DNA of 64,000 bases, from the IMG/VR virus record IMGVR_UViG_3300021378_000010, positions 1-64,000 of that record, one strand, 5' to 3'. The DNA is from a virus. The translations under genes were made by a program, and so were the position numbers. The notes beneath the pieces were generated by a model, which saw only the letters and a program-made list of their open reading frames with translations, did not search any database and was not told the origin of the DNA. This document shows, piece after piece, positions 18,694-28,921 of the stretch. Position 1 is the first letter of the stretch, and every line of letters starts with the position of its first letter.

Positions 18694-20969
18694 TAGATTA
18701 TTGCCCTGCTATTTGAAGCTCTACGAGCTAGTTTTCTTACTGAAGACGTAAATGGTCTTCCTTCAAGGCGACCGGTTCTTCCATTAATTCTAAGTCCCTG
18801 TGCAAAGTACTGATTGTTTAATTCGTCTGCACCAGACCATCTTACTCTTCCACCTTGCTCTTGTGATACAGAAGCAGCAGCTGATATTGGCTGACCTACT
18901 CTGCGGAAGTTGAGAGGCAATGCGTTTACGTTTACCCCCGCTGAAGCAAGGTTGAACTGGTGAGATAGACTTTCTACAAGACTTCCAAATGCAAGAGTTC
19001 TAGGAGTTCTTAGACTTGCTATAAGAATATCATCAATTAGTCCGTCAAGCATTACTTCTTCTGCTGCAGTATTTGCACCGTCTGAAAGATTTGTTACAAT
19101 GTAATCTCTCATATGATCGAAAGAATCAGTAAAAGCGTCAAGTAAAGTGGTATCGTTTGCACCATCATCTACCCAATTATTTCCATCTGAATAGTAAACT
19201 GTTCCGTCATAAAAGTTTGTATTTGATGAATATACGATATAAGAGTCGTCAGCATTTACTGTATTAGCATCAGGAAGATCTTCAAATACTCCTACACTAT
19301 CAATATATACAAGTCCTGCAGTATTTGCGTTGAATACTGAAAATACATGATCACCTTTGTAGTTGAAAAGACCGGCAGTAAAGATACGTGTAGCAGATTG
19401 TTTTCCAACCTTAAAATCATTTGCGATTGAGGTCAGGAAACTATTTGCATCGCGGCGGGTAAGTTCTTCATTTACAGTATTTGATGAGTATCCTTGAGTA
19501 TCTGTGAGAAAGTCCCACATATCGTCAATAATTGTATTTGCATTATCCATTATAGATTGTGCGTAAGCGGTATTAGCAACAGTGTTTGCACTCATCGTAT
19601 AAGGATTGAATACGTCTGTTGTACCCTTTGCTCTCATAGAAATATCACCGAACTGAGTACCAGAGTTGTTCAGTGTAATTTGACCTCCGTCAAGAGCATA
19701 AAAAGAACATCTTGCAAAAATTGACAGCGATGAAATTCCATTGATGCCAGCACCATTTCTTGCAACGTATCCGATACCGTTTTGGGTACGTGGTGTAGCA
19801 CCAAATGCAAGAATATATGGAAAAATAGAGTCTTGATCTAATTTAGCTCTATCTGCGAGTATCATACCACCGCCACGACCAACTTCTTTATTTGGAAAAT
19901 CTTCTTCGCCAATAATTTCCATCAAAGCAGTACCGCCTGATGAAGAAGTAATATTTGTATTCGCGGTAAGTTCAGCACTGTTATTACGAATGTAAATTGT
20001 ACCGCTTTCTATTTCAGCAACTCTTGATATAATACCAGTAATTTCTGTATCATTTAACGTAACTGTGTCACCGACTTCAAATTTTCCAGTTACACCACTT
20101 ACAGTTACCTCATATCCGAGATCTTCATTTCCGCCTTTACTATTGAAAGGATTTAGTGGTGGAGGAATTGATCTTTCAAAATAATTAGAAATTTGGCTAG
20201 AGTCACGAACATAAGGAGATCTTGTTATACGAACGCCAGGTCGAAAAGCAAACGCGAAGCCACACGTTGGATCATCAAAGTTATCTACTTTGAGATTGAA
20301 AAATGAAAAGCCCTGAACATAACAGCCAGAACCAAGAAGAATACAGTTTTTTGACTCGTATCCTTCATTCATTGCGATTGTTGTAGTATATTGCCCTGTA
20401 GATGAAGTCATAGAACAAAAATCTGGAAGAGCAAGTTCACCGTTAGTATAATACGTTCCAGGCAATACCGTAATATTTACTGCTCTACGATTGAGCATGC
20501 CTTGCGCAACTGTCAACGATGCAGCTTGTGCTAATTCAATAGCTTTTTCAAGAGTGGCTACTGGTGCAAGATAACTTCCATTATCGCCATCATTGCCATC
20601 AGCACTCACGTATATCTTAGCTGCATTCTTTGCAGTTGCTGCAATCTCATCATAAAATTGAGAATATGAAATTGCTACAGTAGTTCCTGCAGATACATCT
20701 TTAAGTAAGAAATAATCTTCGTCTTGAATATTTGGAGTAAACTCGGTACTTACAGAAATGTTAGGATCATTGATTGGCATGTTATTGATATAACTGCCAC
20801 CATTAATTTTAATTTCGTTAAAGACTTCTTGCTCGAGTGCATTGACTAATTCTGCACGAGTAATATTTTTTGTACCATCGTCACCTTGAGTAAGGTTCAC
20901 AGTTACGAAAAGATCATCTGATCTCGTATTACTGCCAGTAATAGTACCTAGTTCTGAAATCTTTGTCAT
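18693..20969 (-). CDS. Tail fibre/spike-like protein with beta-helix (DUF1565/pectin-lyase-like) domain
   Basis: N-terminal MTKISEL...DDLFV...TKNITRAEL attachment motif, followed by IYVSADGNDGDNGS...PVATLEKA...V-x-PGTY, a beta-helix cap motif. Confidence 0.6.
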   Translation of the reverse strand: MTKISELGTITGSNTRSDDLFVTVNLTQGDDGTKNITRAELVNALEQEVFNEIKINGGSYINNMPINDPNISVSTEFTPNIQDEDYFLLKDVSAGTTVAISYSQFYDEIAATAKNAAKIYVSADGNDGDNGSYLAPVATLEKAIELAQAASLTVAQGMLNRRAVNITVLPGTYYTNGELALPDFCSMTSSTGQYTTTIAMNEGYESKNCILLGSGCYVQGFSFFNLKVDNFDDPTCGFAFAFRPGVRITRSPYVRDSSQISNYFERSIPPPLNPFNSKGGNEDLGYEVTVSGVTGKFEVGDTVTLNDTEITGIISRVAEIESGTIYIRNNSAELTANTNITSSSGGTALMEIIGEEDFPNKEVGRGGGMILADRAKLDQDSIFPYILAFGATPRTQNGIGYVARNGAGINGISSLSIFARCSFYALDGGQITLNNSGTQFGDISMRAKGTTDVFNPYTMSANTVANTAYAQSIMDNANTIIDDMWDFLTDTQGYSSNTVNEELTRRDANSFLTSIANDFKVGKQSATRIFTAGLFNYKGDHVFSVFNANTAGLVYIDSVGVFEDLPDANTVNADDSYIVYSSNTNFYDGTVYYSDGNNWVDDGANDTTLLDAFTDSFDHMRDYIVTNLSDGANTAAEEVMLDGLIDDILIASLRTPRTLAFGSLVESLSHQFNLASAGVNVNALPLNFRRVGQPISAAASVSQEQGGRVRWSGADELNNQYFAQGLRINGRTGRLEGRPFTSSVRKLARRASNSRAII

Positions 20970-20989
20970 CTAAGAAACCTTTTTTCTTA

Positions 20990-20997
20990 TATTTATA
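20990..20997 (-). promoter_or_regulatory. T4-type late promoter TATAAATA
   Basis: Exact motif 21 nt upstream of ATG 20969. Confidence 0.7.
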
Positions 20998-21664
20998 AAG
21001 ATTGTTTTATGTAAAGATATGCTCGATCTCTGTTTTCTCTGATAGCAACAGAACATTTTATATTAAGATGCTGTATTTTTTTGTAATCTTCTTGTAAGAT
21101 TGTAGGAACATCGTTCAAATTTTTTACTTTACCGTGAAGGCAATCTTGCGTTTCAATTAAGCTTGTTTTATTTTCGTCAATAGAAAATAAAAAATTCTTA
21201 AAATACTTTTTACTGTCATCTTTTTTTCTTATTTTATAATCACAGTAAGATTTTATGTAAGTTATTTTATCTGTTTTTATATCGTATGTAATTTTAATAG
21301 CATCTTCTACTAAGTTATCTGGTAGTAGCTTTTTATATTCTTGTGGATAGTTTATGCATTTAGCGTTAGCAACATTCTTGAAGCCAAACGTTACTGTATC
21401 TTTATTGGCTTTTGAATATAATACTATATCACCAATTTTTACTATTGATTTAATAAGTAAACTTACACCACTATTTTTTGGCATACCATTAGAACACAAA
21501 AAGTTTTCAATTTTTTTGGAGTCTTTAGTTTTCAATATTACTAACCAACTACTTTCTATAGTATCTTTCTTTATAATTAAGCACCGTATATCAGTTTCTA
21601 AAATACCTATATTTGAGTGTTTTTCAATTGGAAAAATTTCTTGTACAATTTTCTCGTAGTTCAT
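20993..21664 (-). CDS. Hypothetical Lys-rich protein
   Basis: Long AT-rich ORF; probable start ATG 21664 (MNYEK). No recognisable motif. Confidence 0.55.
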   Translation of the reverse strand: MNYEKIVQEIFPIEKHSNIGILETDIRCLIIKKDTIESSWLVILKTKDSKKIENFLCSNGMPKNSGVSLLIKSIVKIGDIVLYSKANKDTVTFGFKNVANAKCINYPQEYKKLLPDNLVEDAIKITYDIKTDKITYIKSYCDYKIRKKDDSKKYFKNFLFSIDENKTSLIETQDCLHGKVKNLNDVPTILQEDYKKIQHLNIKCSVAIRENRDRAYLYIKQSL

Positions 21665-21665
21665 A

Positions 21666-22400
21666 TTAACCCCATCCCGATCCAGTGATCGCACTAGTCG
21701 TTGTTACTCCAAAAGAAGAAGATGTAAAACTATCAGCTTGAAAGATATTCCAAGGTGCTTGGCTAATGCTTTCAGAATAAATATCCGCTACCCATCTGTA
21801 GGTGTAATAACCCACTTTGTTCGCAGTATAGGTTCCTCCAATAACACTCACAGTCAAAATGCCAGAATCGTCATCGGTGCTTTGGCCACTTCCTCTATAA
21901 CTAGCTTCAGTGGTTGCAGTAGAAAATTGTGCAGATCTATAAACCAATTCTAACCCAGGATTTCTAATTCCAGTATTTTCATCACTGCTGAATTTATCTT
22001 CATCTTCATCACCGCGTATTTCAATAGTCATATTTGGAGTAGTAATAGTAGTGCCTATACCGCGATCAGAAACATAAAATCCCTGGAAAGTTCTATAAAA
22101 ATATTTTTGCCATGACCCATTCACGCTTGGCTGCAATCCTACTTCTTGAGCTATAGCATCTTGAGCAAAAGTATTAGTATTTCTTCCTGATATATCAACT
22201 GTTGATATAAAGAATCTACTAGAATTATAAAAATTGCTAAATGAAATTGGACCTGAAGTTGGAATATTAGCGTTAAGACTCGAAACGGGAACTAAAGCTC
22301 CACCTTTATAGTACTCACTTAGAGAGTGCGGTCTTGCGCCTCCGAATTCGTTTACTATATTTGATTCTAATGATAATATTCCAGATGATTTAATTGCCAT
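21666..22400 (-). CDS. Tail-fibre tip/adhesin-like protein
   Basis: N-terminal SG-x-LS...I-x-x-EFGG...SLSEYY-x-GG-x-x-V...IPTSG-x-IS-x-SNFY motif typical of fibre-tip attachment proteins. Confidence 0.55.
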   Translation of the reverse strand: MAIKSSGILSLESNIVNEFGGARPHSLSEYYKGGALVPVSSLNANIPTSGPISFSNFYNSSRFFISTVDISGRNTNTFAQDAIAQEVGLQPSVNGSWQKYFYRTFQGFYVSDRGIGTTITTPNMTIEIRGDEDEDKFSSDENTGIRNPGLELVYRSAQFSTATTEASYRGSGQSTDDDSGILTVSVIGGTYTANKVGYYTYRWVADIYSESISQAPWNIFQADSFTSSSFGVTTTSAITGSGWG

Positions 22401-22411
22401 TTTGATCTTTC

Positions 22412-23350
22412 TTAGATTCCGCCAAACGCAGTGATATCGCCTTCAGCCACAAATCCGCCATTAGTATTCATTCTAAATTTTAGATTTCCGTTGTAATAAA
22501 AACAGAGATTACCACTTCCATCATCATTAATTTTCCAACCGCCAGTTTCAAAGTCGTTGCTGGTAACGCTATTGAAAGTTACATTACTCGTTGTTGCAAC
22601 AGCTTGACCAATAGCAATAGCACCAGTTGCAGAATTGTATGTTACGCCCGTGCTACCAGATAAAGCAGCTCTTGCCCTGGATGTAGTAAAATATAAATTA
22701 GTGCCTTCTGTCAAATCACCAGTATCGTGATTTGAAATGTCACTAACTGTACCAGTAACATTGCCAGTAACATTGCCAGTAATATTGCCAGTAACATTGC
22801 CAGTAACATTGCCAGTAACATTGCCAGTAATATTACCAGTAACATTGCCAGTAACGTTTCCTACAAATCCTCCAGTTCCAGAAGTAATGCTTCCAGAAAC
22901 ACTGAGATTACCCGAAGTTGTAAGTCTTAATCTTTTTGTAGCAACGCCAGTATTGATAATAAAACTTTGCGAATCATTATCAAAACCTACGTCCCATGCT
23001 ATAGTATCGTTATTGATTCTAACTACTGGATCTACAGAACTACTAAATGTTTGAAACGCGACTCTGCTTGATGTATTTACAATTGTGGGTGCTTCAAGCG
23101 TAATATCAGTTGAACCAGGAATTGTTCCAATTTTATCTGCTCTCATTCTTGTATTTGCAATAAATGTATTGGCAGAAAAAGTTCCTATTAGTGTTGCAAT
23201 TTTTGGAGTTCCTGTACTTCCAGTCGTATCTCCAGAAACCGACGCAGTAATTACGTCGCTTCCCATAAGATCTACTAATTCGTTTGTTCTATCGAGCCAA
23301 ACCTGAAACGTATTGTTCGCAGTAACGTTTATAAGACCTGATTTTGCCAT
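22412..23350 (-). CDS. Fibre/whisker-like structural protein with GNVT repeats
   Basis: N-terminal NTF-x-x-W-x-x-RTNEL, tandem GNVT repeats, EGTNLYFT-x-x-RAR repeat, and C-terminal GDITAFG. Confidence 0.65.
   Translation of the reverse strand: MAKSGLINVTANNTFQVWLDRTNELVDLMGSDVITASVSGDTTGSTGTPKIATLIGTFSANTFIANTRMRADKIGTIPGSTDITLEAPTIVNTSSRVAFQTFSSSVDPVVRINNDTIAWDVGFDNDSQSFIINTGVATKRLRLTTSGNLSVSGSITSGTGGFVGNVTGNVTGNITGNVTGNVTGNVTGNITGNVTGNVTGTVSDISNHDTGDLTEGTNLYFTTSRARAALSGSTGVTYNSATGAIAIGQAVATTSNVTFNSVTSNDFETGGWKINDDGSGNLCFYYNGNLKFRMNTNGGFVAEGDITAFGGI
22752..22860 (-). repeat. 12-bp tandem repeat (about 9 copies) encoding (GNVT/GNIT)n
   Basis: ccagtaacattg units directly visible. Confidence 0.9.
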
Positions 23351-23530
23351 TTATCTACTTTCTAACTTTTCTACAACATCGCACAGTCTAGATAACATAG
23401 TCTTGACATCAGTGAGTTCTTTACTGAGAACGTCAATCTTGCGCTGATTATTTCTTTCTAGTTTATATTTATTGAGAGCTGCGACATCATTATTGATAAG
23501 AGCTTTCGTTTTTTCGTCTCTATACATCAT
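23351..23530 (-). CDS. Small coiled-coil protein (59 aa)
   Basis: Below the track cut-off. MMYRDEKTKALINNDVAALNKYKLERNNQRKIDVLSKELTDVKTMLSRLCDVVEKLESR fills the gap exactly, with an ATGA overlap. Confidence 0.65.
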   Translation of the reverse strand: MMYRDEKTKALINNDVAALNKYKLERNNQRKIDVLSKELTDVKTMLSRLCDVVEKLESR

Positions 23531-26500
23531 GTTAGCGATATTCCTCTATAATCTAGAAGTCTTGGCGCTTTGAAAATGTTTTCAGATAGTAGTTCAATCT
23601 TAATAGCGAATCTACGATAACCTATAAAAGTACCGATCTCATTCGTGTATGTAAGAACTCCATTTGTTTTTGCACTTTCTGGAAGCTTGTAAACGAAGTC
23701 TTTAAAGTCAAAACGATTTGCTATAGAAGAATAAAGATTGATACCTTCAGTAAGTTCGAGTTCTACCCAGTCTGCATTATCAAATACTGATGGATCATCA
23801 GCAGCTTGTGGTCGAATATATACTTTGACATCTGTGCCATTTGGCCTATACGCAGTAACAAATATTTCAAAGTCTTCAGCATCAAGACTTTCTGCAAGTT
23901 CAACAGTTTTTGAAACGTACTTTGAAGTTGTAGAAGATGTATTTGTAATTTTCCACTGATAAGCAAGAACAGAAGCGGTTTCAATATCAATGAACGGAGT
24001 AGATGTTACATTTGAACCATTTTGCATAGATACAGTAAAGTCCATGGTTTTTGTTCTTGCAATATCATTTGACTTACTAAACACTACCATTCCGGTTTTA
24101 CCAAAGTACGAGTTATCATTGAATAGCATCGGCTGAACGTAAGTATTTAGAGTGTTATTTGGATCTACAAACGTTCCGCTTATAGATGCAGAAGTTACGC
24201 TGTCATTTGTTCTTATAATTGTCGGTTGGATGTAACTAAAGCTTATGTTATCAACAGAAGCAATTGTAGCAACGGTGTTACTATCAAAACCGTAAATAGT
24301 ATCTGCAGCTTCAAATTTTCTAGAAATATCAGCGTTTGATTCTTCAAGAATAATAAACGTTGGATATCTAAAATCGTAATGACGAAGAGTACCAATTGTT
24401 ACAGGGTTTCCTGCAAGAGTTGCAGTAAACGATGCAGGTCTATCTGCAATTATAACAGTCGTATTGGCGCTAACTACTTGGAATATTTGCTTATTGGAAG
24501 CACCATCATTAACCAATATGTAGTCATCAGTTGCATATGTTGCTGTAATATCTTCTGTGGAAGATATTTCATTACTTCCGGCAGTAACGCTTACTGTATT
24601 TGAAGTTTCTGCGTCAACTGGATGAACCGTATATACAAGCTCGCCAGCCTTAAATCTTCCAATGTTGTTTTCCGTAGTCAAGAATTCGTGATCGTTATTT
24701 GTAAAGGTAACAGATCCAGATGAAGAGTTGAAGTTGTGACGATACAGAGTAAACTTGATGTCTTCGTCTTGATATGACTTCCAAGCTCTATTATTTGTAG
24801 AAGTAAAGAGAACACCATCACCCCAGTCTTGTACGACTACAAGTCCTTGGTTTGCTCCTGGAGTTAGATTAGTTCCGCCGACCTGAGAAGTAAAGATTAG
24901 ATAATTTGGATCTGAAGCATCAGGTATAATAACGAAAGCATATTCTTTTTCTGAGTCGAGTCTTACTGGTGCTGGAAATACTACCGTAGTAGCCTGAGAA
25001 GCGTCATCAGAAACGTTTATTTGTGATGGTGTTAAATGTACTCTCGAAAATGGAACGTTTTGATACGACGGATAACCATTGAGAACTTCGCGTAGTTCTA
25101 TTACAGCACCATTTGTATCACTTTTTCTTTTGAAGTATAAATCGATCTTAGAAACAAATACTGTATTTGATCCTTGACCCATACCATCTTTTACGAAGAA
25201 CGTTTGAGCGATCGGATCAAAGAATCCTCTACGCGGTGCAATTCTTCGAGTAACATTGCGCTCAGAAGTAGTAGTACTAATAAACTCTGCTGGAGATCTT
25301 GTAGAAGCAGTCAGAGATGATTTTTCTATGGAAAAATTGTACGCTCTATAAGTAGCAAATCCATATGACGTAGACGCGCTTTCAATAGTACCATACGCAT
25401 CAACGTCTACTATTTCTAGCTTTCTATCACCAACAAAAAATCTTTCTGCTGGTAGTGCGAATATAGCTGTAAGCACTCCGTTTGCATCAGTAGTGATTGC
25501 ATCATTGAAATTTCCGTTACGATGAACGTCTGTAGCATTGTCAACACTATCGCCAGGTGCTACAAATTCATTCACGTCTACTTCATCAAAGAAAAAGTAA
25601 TGGCGTGTATTAGGACGAAGTCCCGACATATATACTTTGATTTCTCTAGGAGCCATAAACGGATTGAAGTTTACATTGGATACAAAATCTCCAACCGGTG
25701 TTTCTGTCGTTTGTTCTCCAGTGATTTGAAGTGTGCGAGTTGTATCTCTAAGTGTATCTTCTACGGTACCGTTTCTTCTTCCAATACCGAAGAAACCTCT
25801 ACGCCCTTGATCTACAACTCTAGAGCTAAGTAATTCTGATGTCGTCGAAGTAAGAGGAATGAACTCTTGTATCGCATCTGCAAATTCTGCGAGTGGTGTT
25901 ACTAAATCTATGTCAAGAGTAACAGGGTTTGTAGTTACATCATAGAAAGCGTCATATTCAGGATTTATAGATCCGTTACCCCTGTACGAATAAAAGTTAC
26001 TTACGCAGTTTCTAAAGCTAGTAGCATAAGGCTGATCGATAATAGAAACATCAGTATTTCTAGAAAGCGTAGCGACTTGAGGATTAGAAGTAGAAGGGAA
26101 TATAGTTGCAGAAGAGTTGCTCTTATATTTGAGATTAATCGGAAAAGTTTTTACGGATGGCATCAAAGATTTTTCCGTGAAGTCAATCGCTGCATTGAAT
26201 TCCGTACTTTCAAGATTAGCAATGTTGAGATCATTGAATGGATCTACAATAATACCATTTTTAAATCTTGATAGACCATTTTCATCTACGATATTAAGAT
26301 TTTTAGTATCAGATTCAAGAGCACTCAGTAGAACATAATATTTCAATGCATCTACTTTCTTTTCAACATTTTGAATGTCTTTCATTCTGTAAGATTTAGT
26401 ACCAGTAGTTGTAACCTTTATTCCATATTGTGGTCTATCTTGCGCAAAAGCTTCCTCTTGAGTAAGAGCAGGAACACCGGGCACATAAATTTCTGCTATT

Positions 26501-28911
26501 TTTACCTGGTCGCCAATGACGCTCGGAGCAATAGAATTTTCTGACTCGGTTCCCTTTACGATACGTACCGCTCCATATGAGTCAAGAGTTACTATATCAA
26601 TTCTGCTAAGATAAAATTCGTAGTCGAGTTGACCAAAGGTATTGAAAGCTGGAGTAATAATGGTAGGAACTGGATCAAAAGAAGGTGCTATATTTACGCT
26701 AGTACTTGAACTGCTAACAGTTGGAGCAGTGCCTAATGACGCAGCATTAGTATACGTAGCACCAGCAATAGGTTCAACTAGTGGTCTAAAATCTAAGCAA
26801 TCTCGTAGAATATATGTAGAACCAGAAGCCGACCTATATGGTTGTATTTTGTTTTTAGCTACGTTTTGATAGCTATCGACAGTAAAAAAGTAATTTCCAG
26901 TATTCGGATCTTCAATTTTGAATGTATTCATTCTAACTGTCATTTCACCATCAGCGGCGGCTGGTCGACCTGGAATAAATTCAATATAAGAGTGATCGTA
27001 GTAATTGTCTTTTTGATTTGTCTTAAGCTTGAAACTTGTGGTTACATCAGTATTTGCTGCATCTGTAATAGAGACAATTTCGTATACGTCAGGAAATCCT
27101 AGATTGAACTTGCTTGAAGTCTGCACGTCAGTATTTGCAAATGTACACTTTACATAAAGCTCTACTGAAGATTTTGTAAATGGGCTTGCGGATGTAATTC
27201 TTTTATTCAAATATATGGCAGCATTTGATGATGGCGTACCGCTCAGTTCCACAATCATAGTATTGCCACCGTTGGTTACAGACGTGCTCAATATGTCAAA
27301 AGTTGTATTTGTCGCATCAACTACAAGAATATCATCATTGTTTGTGTTAAAGTCAGCACCAATTCCAGAAGAAAGAATTATTGTATTACTAGATAATCCA
27401 GTAAGATCTCTTTTTTCACGTACCGGTAAAGAAATATTAGAAGTAGATTTAAGACTTACTGCTCCAGTATCAAATATCATCGGAGCATTTCCTGCTCCGA
27501 TTATAGTAGCACTTGATACTGTATTGTTTGCAACCGTGATAAAACCACTAGAGCCTTCTATGGTCTGAACTTCAGAAAAACTTGTATTAGCGCGAATATC
27601 AAAAAGGAAAATTTTGTCTTTAGTAATATTACGTACGCGTGCTGTACCAACTGCAGCATCAGACTCGTTTTTAAGTGTTACTGTTGAGCCGTCAAGAGGA
27701 ACTACTCCACTCGTACCGACATCTAAAATATTTACATAACCGCCGTAGTTGAACGATATAGCTTGATTAGTTCTATCATCAACTGAAGTATTTGCAATAG
27801 GATCGATGTCAAACAATTGTTCTGCGAGAGTTTCTACACGATAGCCTTTTACATAAGCCAATCCGGTTCCAACTGAAGCTTTGAGATTATTATCTCTGCG
27901 AATTACTCTAGTTTTGAAGTCTCTTACGATGTAATCGCCAGATTCTTCATATGTGCGACGAGCCATTTCCTCACCAAGAGCGTTATATTGAGATACGTCT
28001 CTTAGACTTACCGCATTACCGTTTGAGTATCTAGTAAGTGTAAAAAATGTAGTATCGCCGTCAGCTTCTGTAGTAGGAAGAGCAGTCAATATTGGTGTAA
28101 GCTTGAGTCTATCTGCACCTGGTGCGTTTTCATTTGCTGATCCGTTTGCATTATCATATAAAGAAGGATCTTGAAGTGCTGCAATTAGTCTTTCTTCAAC
28201 TACATAACCAATGGATACTCCATCGGGTTGATTAGTATATTTTGATACAATTACGAGTTGCTCTTCAGCATAAAGGAAATGACCCTTTTGAAAAATAATA
28301 CCAGGTGCAGATTGTAAACCAAAAGCGCTTCCTGTTGGGCTAGGAAAATTTGTTACAGGAACTGTGCCAACATTAGTTTCAATAACACTAGTAGTAGTAC
28401 CAATATCCACAGAACTTACTTTGATAATGTCTAATGTTTCACCACCTTGGAATACCTTGATATTTCCAACTGTATTGGTGTAATTGATATAAAAAGTATT
28501 GAGGTCTGGAGCTCTCGTTTCAAAACCGCGCGTGGCTGCTACTATTTCTGCTTCGACATTAGTAATTCGACCTACTATTTTGAATACATTATTTCTTTCA
28601 TATACTTGACCAGAAATAGTTTCAGTGTCTGTAAAACTAATATATGAAAAAGGATCAAAATCGGCCGGGTTCTGCAATTTTACATATTGCAGATCATTAA
28701 GTTCTGTGAAGTTACACCCTTTGACGATGGAACCTTCTTTGAAAACGTTATCTCCAAATTGCTCGATCTGATTTTGCAAAATCGTTTGAAGTTGTGTAAG
28801 TTCCCTTGCCTGAACTGCGTAGGAAGGCTTGAACATAACGCGGTAATACTGATTCTCGAGATTGAAATCATCAAAGTACGGAGCAGTATTAAGATCTGTA
28901 TTGATTGGCAT
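23527..28911 (-). CDS. Large baseplate/virion structural protein (DUF4815-type)
   Basis: 1794 aa. N-terminal DLN-x-x-PYFDDF...YYRVMFKP...VQARELTQLQ-x-ILQ-x-Q, plus APGADRLK, ARRTYEESGDY and DP-x-AQTF motifs, typical of non-enteric T4-like phages. Confidence 0.8.
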   Translation of the reverse strand: MPINTDLNTAPYFDDFNLENQYYRVMFKPSYAVQARELTQLQTILQNQIEQFGDNVFKEGSIVKGCNFTELNDLQYVKLQNPADFDPFSYISFTDTETISGQVYERNNVFKIVGRITNVEAEIVAATRGFETRAPDLNTFYINYTNTVGNIKVFQGGETLDIIKVSSVDIGTTTSVIETNVGTVPVTNFPSPTGSAFGLQSAPGIIFQKGHFLYAEEQLVIVSKYTNQPDGVSIGYVVEERLIAALQDPSLYDNANGSANENAPGADRLKLTPILTALPTTEADGDTTFFTLTRYSNGNAVSLRDVSQYNALGEEMARRTYEESGDYIVRDFKTRVIRRDNNLKASVGTGLAYVKGYRVETLAEQLFDIDPIANTSVDDRTNQAISFNYGGYVNILDVGTSGVVPLDGSTVTLKNESDAAVGTARVRNITKDKIFLFDIRANTSFSEVQTIEGSSGFITVANNTVSSATIIGAGNAPMIFDTGAVSLKSTSNISLPVREKRDLTGLSSNTIILSSGIGADFNTNNDDILVVDATNTTFDILSTSVTNGGNTMIVELSGTPSSNAAIYLNKRITSASPFTKSSVELYVKCTFANTDVQTSSKFNLGFPDVYEIVSITDAANTDVTTSFKLKTNQKDNYYDHSYIEFIPGRPAAADGEMTVRMNTFKIEDPNTGNYFFTVDSYQNVAKNKIQPYRSASGSTYILRDCLDFRPLVEPIAGATYTNAASLGTAPTVSSSSTSVNIAPSFDPVPTIITPAFNTFGQLDYEFYLSRIDIVTLDSYGAVRIVKGTESENSIAPSVIGDQVKIAEIYVPGVPALTQEEAFAQDRPQYGIKVTTTGTKSYRMKDIQNVEKKVDALKYYVLLSALESDTKNLNIVDENGLSRFKNGIIVDPFNDLNIANLESTEFNAAIDFTEKSLMPSVKTFPINLKYKSNSSATIFPSTSNPQVATLSRNTDVSIIDQPYATSFRNCVSNFYSYRGNGSINPEYDAFYDVTTNPVTLDIDLVTPLAEFADAIQEFIPLTSTTSELLSSRVVDQGRRGFFGIGRRNGTVEDTLRDTTRTLQITGEQTTETPVGDFVSNVNFNPFMAPREIKVYMSGLRPNTRHYFFFDEVDVNEFVAPGDSVDNATDVHRNGNFNDAITTDANGVLTAIFALPAERFFVGDRKLEIVDVDAYGTIESASTSYGFATYRAYNFSIEKSSLTASTRSPAEFISTTTSERNVTRRIAPRRGFFDPIAQTFFVKDGMGQGSNTVFVSKIDLYFKRKSDTNGAVIELREVLNGYPSYQNVPFSRVHLTPSQINVSDDASQATTVVFPAPVRLDSEKEYAFVIIPDASDPNYLIFTSQVGGTNLTPGANQGLVVVQDWGDGVLFTSTNNRAWKSYQDEDIKFTLYRHNFNSSSGSVTFTNNDHEFLTTENNIGRFKAGELVYTVHPVDAETSNTVSVTAGSNEISSTEDITATYATDDYILVNDGASNKQIFQVVSANTTVIIADRPASFTATLAGNPVTIGTLRHYDFRYPTFIILEESNADISRKFEAADTIYGFDSNTVATIASVDNISFSYIQPTIIRTNDSVTSASISGTFVDPNNTLNTYVQPMLFNDNSYFGKTGMVVFSKSNDIARTKTMDFTVSMQNGSNVTSTPFIDIETASVLAYQWKITNTSSTTSKYVSKTVELAESLDAEDFEIFVTAYRPNGTDVKVYIRPQAADDPSVFDNADWVELELTEGINLYSSIANRFDFKDFVYKLPESAKTNGVLTYTNEIGTFIGYRRFAIKIELLSENIFKAPRLLDYRGISLT

Positions 28912-28921
28912 TTATTTTTCC

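Noticed and set aside
22752-22860. CRISPR-like array
   Set aside because: 12-bp head-to-tail units with no spacers; they encode GNVT repeats in frame, and no cas genes are present.
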